Part shown: piece by piece, positions 15,861-24,242 of the stretch
How positions within the stretch are numbered: position 1 is the first letter of the stretch
Layout of the letters: each line of letters opens with the position of its first letter
DNA from: an uncultured virus (IMG/VR IMGVR_UViG_3300038393_002953)
Lineage: Duplodnaviria; Heunggongvirae; Uroviricota; Caudoviricetes
Virus record (IMG/VR): IMGVR_UViG_3300038393_002953
Reading direction: 5' to 3' (one strand)
DNA: 64,000 bases
The notes under the pieces: generated by a model
What the model was told of the DNA's origin: nothing
Database searches by the model: none
The model's input: the letters and a program-made list of their open reading frames with translations, nothing else
Position numbers and translations under genes: made by a program

Positions 15861-18800
15861 ATGGCCTCCTACTCCGGCATGAGCCGCCGACCGCAACTCA
15901 CGCTCAAGGATCTCGAAAACATGGCGACGATCGAGGAGTTTCGCGAGGACCCGATCCTCGCCGGGGAACTCCTGCTCGCGCGCGACTACCACCCGCTCCA
16001 GAAGCTGGCCTTGTGGGGCATGTGGACGCACCCCTTCTCCATGCTCGACATGGGGCGAGGCAGTGGAAAGTGTCAGGTATACAAATCTAAAATCATAACT
16101 GAATCTGGAGTTCGGAATATCGGAGACATGGTGCCGACTACCGAGTCCGGTGAGGCTTGGTATGACGCCAATTTCTCTGTGCTTACTCCCCATGGCATGC
16201 GCAAGGTCCAGCGTGTCTATAGCCGAGAGAAAACTGAAACGCGTAAGATCACGACCCGCTGGGGGTACGGCGTTGAAGGCTCGGCTTGGCATCCCGTTCT
16301 CGTGCTTGATACAGATGGCGTGATGAAGTGGAAGCGTCTGGATGGACTCGTCGAAGGCGACCATCTTTGCATCGAGCGCAAACGAAGTGCATGGGGCTCG
16401 TCCACGGATCTCAGCTACGCCATTGGGGTCGAAGAAGGGGATGAGCGCTACCCCCAAGAGCTAACCCCCGAATTCGCCCGCATCCTTGGATACCTCATCG
16501 GCGATGGAAGCGTCAGCACCCGGGGGACGGTTTCGCTTACTTCCGGCGATGACAAGATCTCCGAAGACTTCCGGGCATTCTGCATGTATGCTACAGGCAA
16601 GTCTCCTCGCGAATACCGTAAGCCCGGGCCTAAGGGTGGATGTGTAGACCTCCGACTCAGCAGCGTTCAGTTCCGACGCTATCTGGAAAGGGTTGGCCTG
16701 CCTCGCTGCACCGCGCACAACAAACTGATCCCTCAGCCGATCTTCTCAGCGCCAAAGCCGGTCGTCGCCGCCTTCTTGCAGGGCCTCTTCGACACAGACG
16801 GCTATGCCGACTTGAGCGGATACGTCTCGCTCTGCTCCGCCAACCGAGAGCTGCTGGAGCAGGTTCAGATCCTACTGCTCAACTTCGGCATCGTCTGTGC
16901 CTTGCGCAAGCGGGCCATCAAGTACAACGGCAGCCGCAACAATGCCTACGAGATCAATATCCGTAGCCAGAATGCGCTACGTTTCTATGAGGAGATCGGT
17001 TTCTCGTTGGAGCGCAAGCAATGCCGGAGCGAGGCGCTTGCGGAGAAGTTCAACCCGAACTTCGATGTCATCCCCTACATCGAGGAACACACCAAGGCGC
17101 TTCATCATATGACCAACCGTTTCTACGGCGAGGGTCGCGATGAGGCATGGGAGAGGGTACGTAAGTCGGCGCAGGGGAGATTCAACATCACCGCCGACAA
17201 GCTCCCTATGGTACTTGACTACTATCGAGAGGTCGAGGCCGGGATCTCGAAGCGTTTGCGCTACTTGGAGCAGGTCGAGGAACTTGGGTTCTTCTACGAC
17301 CCCGTTGTGTCGATCGAGAAGGGCGAGGACTACCTCTACGATCTGGAGGTGACGCCCGAGCCCGGCGACTACCTCGACCATTCCTTCATCACCAACGGTA
17401 TCGTGTCGCATAACTGCGTCTCGGGCCGCACGATGGTGCGCGTGCGCCAGCGCAAGAGCGCGACAGAGCCCTGGCGCATCACCACGCGCTCGATGGCCGT
17501 GCTGTTCGAGGACGTCAATCAGCGCGTGCGCATCGGCGCGGGCGCGGAGGCCGAGTGGTGGGCCTTCCCAGAGGGCGCCACGGAGATCTGGAGCTGGGAC
17601 CCGACGGGCGGCTTCTGCTGGCGACCGGTGCTGGGGCTCTACAAGCAGGCCCTGCGCGCCGACGGCATGATGGAGATCCGCACCGCCGACGGCCACGCGC
17701 TGCAATGCACGCCCCAGCACAAGCTGCTGGTCAAGAAGGGCCCCAAGCGCGAGTGGATCCCGGCCAAGGATCTGAAGCTCGGCCAGAGCGTCTGCGTCTG
17801 CACCGAGAAGGGCGAGATGGCCGCCGACGTGATCACGACGATCGCGCCGATGGACGACCCGGGCGACGCTGCCTACGACGTGCGCGTCAAGGACACGCGC
17901 TGCTACGTCGCGAACCGCATCGTCACCCACAACACGACCATGGCCTCCGACGTCGAGTACCTCTCGGGGCTGCTGTACCCCGGCTCGGTCTCGCTCGTGA
18001 TCTCGCACTCCATGCGCGGCGTCAAGCAGGTCTTCGAGGAGCTGATCTCGACCTACAACCGCTCCTCGATCGCGCGCGCCGGGACGCTGGACGAGGCCAC
18101 GCTGGGCTCGGACATGGCGGTCATGAAGTTCCGTTCGGTGGGCGGCTCGGGCAAGCGCACGCGCATCAACGGCGTCGCGCCGGACGTCAACAAGGGCGGC
18201 CAGGGCGTGCGCGGCCAGCGCGCCAACCGCTGCCTGCACATCGACGAGTGGATCTTCCTGCCGCGCGAGGTGATCGACACCTCGCTGCTGCCGTGCGCCT
18301 CGAACAAGGAAAACCCGATGGACGAGGACGACCCGAACGCCGAGGACCTGACGCGCTTCATCTTCACGTCGTCGTCGGGCTGCACGTTCTGGGACTCCTA
18401 CCCGCGCATGAAGATGTTCCGCGAGCAGTGGATCGCGGGCAACCCGAAGTATTTCTACCTGAACGCCAACTACGAGGACATGAACCGCTACTGGCCGGGC
18501 TTCGTCAAGGAGAACTCGATCCAGATGTGGGTGGACACGATCAAGGAGCCCAACCCGGGAGCCTGGGAGCGCGAGATCATGGCGCACTGGTCCTCCGAGG
18601 CGGGCTCCTGGTACTCCTCGAAGTCCGTGCGCGGCAACCCCGAGGAGAAGGGCCGCTCGGACGAGAACCCGGGCGGCATGTGGATGCATCTCATGAAGGA
18701 CCATGAAAACCGCACCTGGAACGACGGCGACGATCAGGTCTACTACGAGGCCTCCAACCACGAGGGCATGTTCGTGCTGGGCGTGGACCCGGCTCAGCAG

Positions 18801-19601
18801 CAAGACGAGACCGGCTTCGCGCTGATCAAGGTGCTGCCCCACCGGCTGGTGGTCATGCGCTCGGAGGGCATCCCGGGGCTGAGCATGGATCAGGTGGCCG
18901 ACCGCATCCGTTGGTACATGGACCACTACAACATCGTGCTGGTCGCGATGGACCCCGAGCAGGGCGGTCGCGCGGGCGTCGTGCCGGACCTGAAGCGCGC
19001 CAAGCCGAACTACATCAACAAGATGACCGGCCAGGCCGAGCTATTCATGCCGGTCTATCCTCACAAGAAGCACCTCCAGCCCAACGAGGAAGTGCCCTCG
19101 GGCGCGCGCATGCTCGTCAAGCTGATCACGTTCTCATCGAACGCGAGCCACGGCAACCTGACCGACATGAACCTGACCATGCGCCTGCTGATCGAGAACC
19201 GCAACCTGGTCGTGCCCATGGACGTGGCCGATCCTGAGGATCCGCGCGTTTCCCCGGACAGATTTGCTATAATTAAGGAAGACTTCGAGACGATGATGGC
19301 CCAGATCATCGCGGTCGAGGCGACCGAGATCGAACAGACCTCCGTCAAGGGCAAGAACACGAAGAACGCCGTCTCCTCCGGTCGCTACAACTTCTCGACC
19401 AAGGGCGGCATCAAGAAGGACCGCTACTCCGCGCTCCTGATCGCCACATGGGAGGCGAACTTCCTCCAGCAGCAGCTCAATTCCGTCGAGGAAGAGGACT
19501 CCACGCAGTTCGTCTCGATGGGCAACATCTTCAATCCCATGATGGGAATGGGGCCTGACATGTCCATGTTCGGCTTCGATCAAGGCGGGTACACCCTATG
19601 A
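15861..19601 (+). CDS. terL: Terminase large subunit precursor containing two inteins
   Basis: Spliced Walker A GRGSGK|TT, Walker B LHIDE, RNase H-like VLGVDPA and KKDRYSA; upstream of portal; ~625 aa after splicing. Confidence 0.92.
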   Translation: MASYSGMSRRPQLTLKDLENMATIEEFREDPILAGELLLARDYHPLQKLALWGMWTHPFSMLDMGRGSGKCQVYKSKIITESGVRNIGDMVPTTESGEAWYDANFSVLTPHGMRKVQRVYSREKTETRKITTRWGYGVEGSAWHPVLVLDTDGVMKWKRLDGLVEGDHLCIERKRSAWGSSTDLSYAIGVEEGDERYPQELTPEFARILGYLIGDGSVSTRGTVSLTSGDDKISEDFRAFCMYATGKSPREYRKPGPKGGCVDLRLSSVQFRRYLERVGLPRCTAHNKLIPQPIFSAPKPVVAAFLQGLFDTDGYADLSGYVSLCSANRELLEQVQILLLNFGIVCALRKRAIKYNGSRNNAYEINIRSQNALRFYEEIGFSLERKQCRSEALAEKFNPNFDVIPYIEEHTKALHHMTNRFYGEGRDEAWERVRKSAQGRFNITADKLPMVLDYYREVEAGISKRLRYLEQVEELGFFYDPVVSIEKGEDYLYDLEVTPEPGDYLDHSFITNGIVSHNCVSGRTMVRVRQRKSATEPWRITTRSMAVLFEDVNQRVRIGAGAEAEWWAFPEGATEIWSWDPTGGFCWRPVLGLYKQALRADGMMEIRTADGHALQCTPQHKLLVKKGPKREWIPAKDLKLGQSVCVCTEKGEMAADVITTIAPMDDPGDAAYDVRVKDTRCYVANRIVTHNTTMASDVEYLSGLLYPGSVSLVISHSMRGVKQVFEELISTYNRSSIARAGTLDEATLGSDMAVMKFRSVGGSGKRTRINGVAPDVNKGGQGVRGQRANRCLHIDEWIFLPREVIDTSLLPCASNKENPMDEDDPNAEDLTRFIFTSSSGCTFWDSYPRMKMFREQWIAGNPKYFYLNANYEDMNRYWPGFVKENSIQMWVDTIKEPNPGAWEREIMAHWSSEAGSWYSSKSVRGNPEEKGRSDENPGGMWMHLMKDHENRTWNDGDDQVYYEASNHEGMFVLGVDPAQQQDETGFALIKVLPHRLVVMRSEGIPGLSMDQVADRIRWYMDHYNIVLVAMDPEQGGRAGVVPDLKRAKPNYINKMTGQAELFMPVYPHKKHLQPNEEVPSGARMLVKLITFSSNASHGNLTDMNLTMRLLIENRNLVVPMDVADPEDPRVSPDRFAIIKEDFETMMAQIIAVEATEIEQTSVKGKNTKNAVSSGRYNFSTKGGIKKDRYSALLIATWEANFLQQQLNSVEEEDSTQFVSMGNIFNPMMGMGPDMSMFGFDQGGYTL
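16071..17414 (+). mobile_element. Intein 1 (448 aa) with LAGLIDADG homing endonuclease
   Basis: C1 CQVY, block B GSAWHPVL, LGYLIGDGS and FLQGLFDTDGY, YDLEV, terminal VSHN followed by Cys; AT-richer codons. Confidence 0.93.
17415..17933 (+). mobile_element. Intein 2 (173-aa mini-intein, no endonuclease)
   Basis: C1 CVSGRT, block B LQCTPQHKLL, YDVRV, terminal IVTHN followed by Thr. Confidence 0.9.
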
Positions 19602-21418
19602 GCAACAACCGTAACCGTGGGCAGCACCGCGAGCGGGGCAACGCCCCCTCCGGCGCGCCCAACCAGCAGCCGTCTCAGCAGGCGCCGCGCCCGCACGCTC
19701 ACAAACATAATGCTAACGCCGCGTTCGGCGAACGCTTCTCCGGCATGAGCGCCCGCGAGGTCGCTTCTTTCTTCTCGAACCTCGCGACCTCGGGCTCGGG
19801 CTACACCGGCATGGGCACGACCTTCCCGATGGGGCGCGGCCACGATAGCTGGCTGGGGTCGATGACGATCCCCCAGATGCCGGGGACCAGCAAGCTCTCC
19901 ATGCCGAAGCCGGACGACTACCGGCTCCAGGCCACCTGGGCGCGCTCGATCCGCGACACGACGCTGGTCAACGGGCCGCTCGTGCGCCGCCGCCAGTTCG
20001 TGGTCGCGGGCTTCAAGCACCGGCACCACGACGAGCGCGTGACCCGGCTGTTCAACCGCATCGCCCGCGAGTCCAAGCTGAAGAAGCGGCTCAAGGAGAT
20101 CGAGTGGGAGCTGGAGTCGGTCGGCTGGGTCGTGGTCATGCCCGACGGCGTGAACAAGATGCCCCAGGACATCCACCTGGTCCAGGACGGCATCGAGAAC
20201 ATGCGCGCGTTCGGCCAGGATAACCTGACGCTGAACGTGGACTCGACCGTGACCGATCGCGTCAACGCGACGCCCGAGCAGTTCCCGCCCTACGTCGTCA
20301 ACGCCGTGAAGAACGGCCAGATCAGGAACGGCAAGCTGCCGCTGCCGAGCGACGAGGTGTACTTCCTGACCACCGAGCGCGGCATCAACCAGCCCTTCCC
20401 ACGCTCGCCGCTCTTCCCGCTCTTCGAGCCGGTCAAGGCGATCGACAACCTGGTCGAGACCCAGTTCGCGATCTCCTTCGCGATCAAGCAGCTCATGCTG
20501 CATGTCCAGGTCTCCGGCGGCGTGGACATCAATGGCAAGGAGAAGGCGCCGAACATCCGCCAGCTCCAGCTCGCCGCGCGCCAGGTCTTCGACGGCGCCC
20601 GCGTCTCGACGATCGTCACGCCGAACACCACGAAGCTGACGTTCGTCTCGCCCGAGAAGGACATCTTCGAGGCGACCGACAAGCCCTACATGCGCGCGCT
20701 GGAGCGCATCCTGATCGGCATCCGCATCCCCATGATCCTGGTGAACGGCTCGTCGGAGGGGGCTTCCTTCTCGACCGCCTCCTACGCGATCAAGGGCTTC
20801 CTCCAGGCCGTGATCGACGAGCGCGAGACGCTATTAGACGACTTCGTGTATCCATGGTACCGCAAGAAGGCCGAGGAGCTGTACGAGGACGACCAGGAGA
20901 AGTACGCTTTCCTCTACGACGCCGAGAACGACGACTGGAACATCCCGACGGTCATCTTCAACGAGACCGAGCTGAAGAACCTGCCCGAGCTGATCGCGCT
21001 CGCGAAGTTCAAGTGGCAGACGGGCATGTACTCCGGCCAGACGATCATGGAGATGTTCCAGGACGACTTCGATATCGAGAAGAAGCGCAAGCTGGAGTTC
21101 AACAAGGACGCCGACAAGTGGGTCAACCTGCCCTGGGAGCCCAGCCAGGGCGCGTCCGACGCGCTGCTCGACCACAACGCGGAGCAGAAGGACGCCGACC
21201 GCGAACACCAGGCGGACCTGCAAGGCGAGCAGCTCAAGGTCCAGCAGAAGATCTCGCAGCAGCAGGTCAAGGCGCGACCGCAGCCCGGAGGCGGCTCCGG
21301 CGCGCCCGCCGGGCAGAAGGCGCCGGGCCAGCCGGGGCGCCCGCCGAAGGGCGACTCGCGCCCCCGCTCGGACTCCGTGGACAAGAATCCCCGCGCGGGA
21401 GGCCCGAGCCCCAAGTAG
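19598..21418 (+). CDS. Portal protein
   Basis: 606 aa directly after TerL (ATGA overlap); ASFSTA motif, low-complexity C-tail with GRP. Confidence 0.8.
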   Translation: MSNNRNRGQHRERGNAPSGAPNQQPSQQAPRPHAHKHNANAAFGERFSGMSAREVASFFSNLATSGSGYTGMGTTFPMGRGHDSWLGSMTIPQMPGTSKLSMPKPDDYRLQATWARSIRDTTLVNGPLVRRRQFVVAGFKHRHHDERVTRLFNRIARESKLKKRLKEIEWELESVGWVVVMPDGVNKMPQDIHLVQDGIENMRAFGQDNLTLNVDSTVTDRVNATPEQFPPYVVNAVKNGQIRNGKLPLPSDEVYFLTTERGINQPFPRSPLFPLFEPVKAIDNLVETQFAISFAIKQLMLHVQVSGGVDINGKEKAPNIRQLQLAARQVFDGARVSTIVTPNTTKLTFVSPEKDIFEATDKPYMRALERILIGIRIPMILVNGSSEGASFSTASYAIKGFLQAVIDERETLLDDFVYPWYRKKAEELYEDDQEKYAFLYDAENDDWNIPTVIFNETELKNLPELIALAKFKWQTGMYSGQTIMEMFQDDFDIEKKRKLEFNKDADKWVNLPWEPSQGASDALLDHNAEQKDADREHQADLQGEQLKVQQKISQQQVKARPQPGGGSGAPAGQKAPGQPGRPPKGDSRPRSDSVDKNPRAGGPSPK

Positions 21419-21490
21419 GGCCCGGGTGGGTCGCGCCGAACCCTTGGCGGGGCGACGGCGCGATCAGCATGAAAAAGTCATCCAGCAAAC

Positions 21491-21527
21491 GGATATGCGA
21501 GGGCGCCTGGCGCCCCTATCTAAATAG
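21491..21527 (+). promoter_or_regulatory. Putative phage-specific late promoter, copy 1
   Basis: GGATAT-N18-CCTATCTAAATAG; same geometry as 24191-24227. Confidence 0.55.
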
Positions 21528-21539
21528 GCGGGCAACGAC

Positions 21540-22055
21540 ATGTCTCAACAAGACACCGATCTGAAAAGCATCAGGCTGCCGCGTGACGAGGACGGGCTTC
21601 CGGTAGCCGTACTGTACGGTAAGGTCGGTAACACCGGTCGCGGCGACTTCAAGGCTGTCGCGGTCGATCCGGCGACCGGCGCGATCCTCGTCGATGCGCT
21701 CGGTAGCAGCAGCGGCGCCTCGCCGACCCCGGTCTTCACCGTCATGCACGCCGACATCGGTCCGGGCGACGTCGAGACCGTCATCCCGATGACCCAGGAC
21801 CCGCGCGGCTACGACGCCACCGGTTTCAACAAGCTCCTGATCGACGTGGTGATCAAGACCGTCGGCGGGTACTGCGCCTTCCAGCCCATGACATGGAACA
21901 ACGAACTCGTCATGTACATCCCCGGGCCCGCGCTGCCCCGCGTGACCTCCACGATGCGTTTCGAGCTGGACATCCATAGCCCGCAGAACGTCTACCTCAT
22001 GCCCACGGAAGCCTCCGGCACGGTCACCATCGCGGTCGCGGGGTGGCGCCGATGA
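21540..22055 (+). CDS. Putative virion structural protein
   Basis: 171 aa, beta-rich, AVDPATGAILV. Confidence 0.6.
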   Translation: MSQQDTDLKSIRLPRDEDGLPVAVLYGKVGNTGRGDFKAVAVDPATGAILVDALGSSSGASPTPVFTVMHADIGPGDVETVIPMTQDPRGYDATGFNKLLIDVVIKTVGGYCAFQPMTWNNELVMYIPGPALPRVTSTMRFELDIHSPQNVYLMPTEASGTVTIAVAGWRR

Positions 22056-22372
22056 GCGGCTACACGATCTTCGGCTTCGGCCCCAACGCCGAGAGCAACG
22101 CGGGCCCCGCCAACCAGGGTGGCGCTTCGCTCGCGAAGCTCCGGATCGAACGCCCCGTCACCACGACGGACGGCCTCAACTTTTCCCTCGACACCCTTTA
22201 CCCGATCGTCCCCGGCAGCCTCACCGTCTACAAGAACGGCCTCCGCGCCACCAAGGGCGTCGGCAAGGATTACGTCGAGGGAAGCGACGGAAAGAGCTTC
22301 CGTTGGATCAACCCCCAGGAACCCCTCAATCTCAACGCAGACGACGTGACCACGGACTTCGTGGAGAGCTAG
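22052..22372 (+). CDS. Putative virion structural protein
   Basis: PGSLTVYKNGLR..G.DYVE module typical of large-phage structural proteins. Confidence 0.6.
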   Translation: MSGYTIFGFGPNAESNAGPANQGGASLAKLRIERPVTTTDGLNFSLDTLYPIVPGSLTVYKNGLRATKGVGKDYVEGSDGKSFRWINPQEPLNLNADDVTTDFVES

Positions 22373-22394
22373 TCGCAAACAGGAGTCGAAACTC

Positions 22395-24023
22395 ATGAGC
22401 AGGATTCATTTGGCTCAACAGGGTCGCTCGCAGTCGCTGGACTTCGACAAGCTGTCGAATGAAGCGGTCGCTGGCGTCCTCGGCGCGAAGCCGGTCGAGT
22501 CGTTCGTCCAGGCCGCTGCCGCCGTCACGGTCGCCGAGACCGACGCCTCCATGGCCGTCGCCGTCGCGGGCCCCTACCTCTACTCGGATTCCGCCATCTA
22601 CACCGTCGTGGGCCGCACGATCAACAAGGGCGTGTTCGCGATCCGCGACACCGATCCCCTGCCCTCGGTCACCCCCTTCGGCAAGGCGCGCGTCGATCTC
22701 CTCGACGCCGACACCAACGAGCAGATCGTCATCGGCGGCAAGGCCCTGGTCGGCTTCCTGCGCGTTGATACGGCGAACGGTAACGCCACCACGATCGAGT
22801 TCTACCTCGACAACGAGGACGGCACCTACACCGCCTCCGCGATCCCGGCTGGCGTGACCCACGTCCGCTACGCCTACCTCCAGCGCTTCGACCTGAACGA
22901 CGTCTCCGCCGACGTGTTCTCGGCCCGCCGCTTCTACACCGGCGTCGTGGACGTCACCGTCCAGGCCGAGCTGCACCAGCTCCTGAAGGACGTCTACGGC
23001 GACGGCTACGCCTTCAACAACACCGGCGACGGCATCCTCACGAAGTCGCTCCGCCAGGAGCTGGCCGACCACATGGCGGACGTCACCGACGCGCACGACG
23101 CGACGGCGATCTCCACCGTGGCCCAGAACGGCGTCACCGCGACCAACGTCCAGGGCGCCCTGGAGGAGCTGCACTCCGCGATCGACGCGCTCGGCTCGGG
23201 CTCGCTGACCGACATGCAGACCGAGATCGACGCGACCCAGGCGGGCGCTGGCCTGGGCACCGACGGCGCCTACGCCGCGAACGGCGCCGCGCACTACACC
23301 TCAGCCGCGACCTCGCTCAAGGACGCCGACGACCTGCTCGACGCCGCGATCTTCGGCGTGTCTCAGGCCCTGGCGGATCACCTGGCCGACGCCACCGACG
23401 CGCACGACGCCTCCGCGATCTCCGTGGTCGCGACCGGCGACCTCGCGGCGACGAACGTCCAGGCCGCCCTGGAGGAGCTGCAAGGCGACATCGACGCCCT
23501 CGCGCAGGCGATCACCTCGTCCTCCGACGCCATCGGCGCCAACACGGACAAGCTGGCGACCAACGCGGGCGTGTCGAAGACCGCCGTGGGCATCGACTAC
23601 GCGTCGAACCACTACGTCACCGACCTGGCCGCCGACGGCACCACCGGCGACAACCTGGTCGAGGCGGTCGGCGTCCTCGACTCCAACCTGGACCGCGTGG
23701 AGACGCTGGTGGGCACCAACAAGACCGCCGCCGACACCGCGATCGCGGGCATCAACAGCTCCCTGGCCGCGCTCGGCAAGCCGGTGGACGCCGAGGATCT
23801 GACGGTCGCCGTGGACGGCACCGCCACCCTGGCGGACACCCACGGCCTGGTGGCGGGCTGCAAGCCCATCCTCCAGCAGAACGGCCTCGGCCTGGCCTAC
23901 GGCACCGACTACACCGTCACCGCCGACGCCCAGGGCAAGCTGCGCAGCCTCGCGCTGGTCGATCCCACGATCATGTCGGCGGGCGACACCTGGCAGATCT
24001 GGTACCGCGCCGCGCTGGCCTAA
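22395..24023 (+). CDS. Fibre-like virion protein (head fibre/whisker candidate)
   Basis: Two DAHDA(S/T)AIS..ATNVQ.ALEEL repeats, coiled coils, C-terminal NG..GTDY module; AGGAG RBS. Confidence 0.7.
   Translation: MSRIHLAQQGRSQSLDFDKLSNEAVAGVLGAKPVESFVQAAAAVTVAETDASMAVAVAGPYLYSDSAIYTVVGRTINKGVFAIRDTDPLPSVTPFGKARVDLLDADTNEQIVIGGKALVGFLRVDTANGNATTIEFYLDNEDGTYTASAIPAGVTHVRYAYLQRFDLNDVSADVFSARRFYTGVVDVTVQAELHQLLKDVYGDGYAFNNTGDGILTKSLRQELADHMADVTDAHDATAISTVAQNGVTATNVQGALEELHSAIDALGSGSLTDMQTEIDATQAGAGLGTDGAYAANGAAHYTSAATSLKDADDLLDAAIFGVSQALADHLADATDAHDASAISVVATGDLAATNVQAALEELQGDIDALAQAITSSSDAIGANTDKLATNAGVSKTAVGIDYASNHYVTDLAADGTTGDNLVEAVGVLDSNLDRVETLVGTNKTAADTAIAGINSSLAALGKPVDAEDLTVAVDGTATLADTHGLVAGCKPILQQNGLGLAYGTDYTVTADAQGKLRSLALVDPTIMSAGDTWQIWYRAALA
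23058..23501 (+). repeat. Internal 45-aa repeat (23058-23192 and 23367-23501)
   Basis: LADHMADVTDAHDATAIS vs LADHLADATDAHDASAIS, period 309 nt. Confidence 0.85.
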
Positions 24024-24044
24024 ACGCCAGCCCGAGCAGGGCCT

Positions 24045-24072
24045 GGGCCCCGGAGCAATCCGGGGCCCTTTT
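24045..24072 (+). terminator. Intrinsic terminator
   Basis: GGGCCCCGGA-GCAA-TCCGGGGCCC-TTTT. Confidence 0.85.
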
Positions 24073-24190
24073 CATGCATGAATGGCCGCGAAACCCTCCG
24101 TCCTAGCCCGCTACCGGACTCCGTAATACCCGTCCGGATCTGAAGAATTGCGGGAGATCCGAAAAATAATCGTTTTTTTCATAACGTTTT

Positions 24191-24227
24191 GGATATACGG
24201 CCCCCTCCACAGCTCCTATCGATATAG
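24191..24227 (+). promoter_or_regulatory. Putative phage-specific late promoter, copy 2
   Basis: GGATAT-N18-CCTATCGATATAG before the capsid operon. Confidence 0.55.
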
Positions 24228-24242
24228 AGAGGCATAGCTCCG

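Noticed and set aside
24073..24180. Possible ncRNA or tRNA in the intergenic gap
   Set aside because: Only short overlapping hairpins (CCGGAC/GTCCGG, GGATCT/AGATCC); no cloverleaf or recognisable family. I saw no tRNA anywhere in the window
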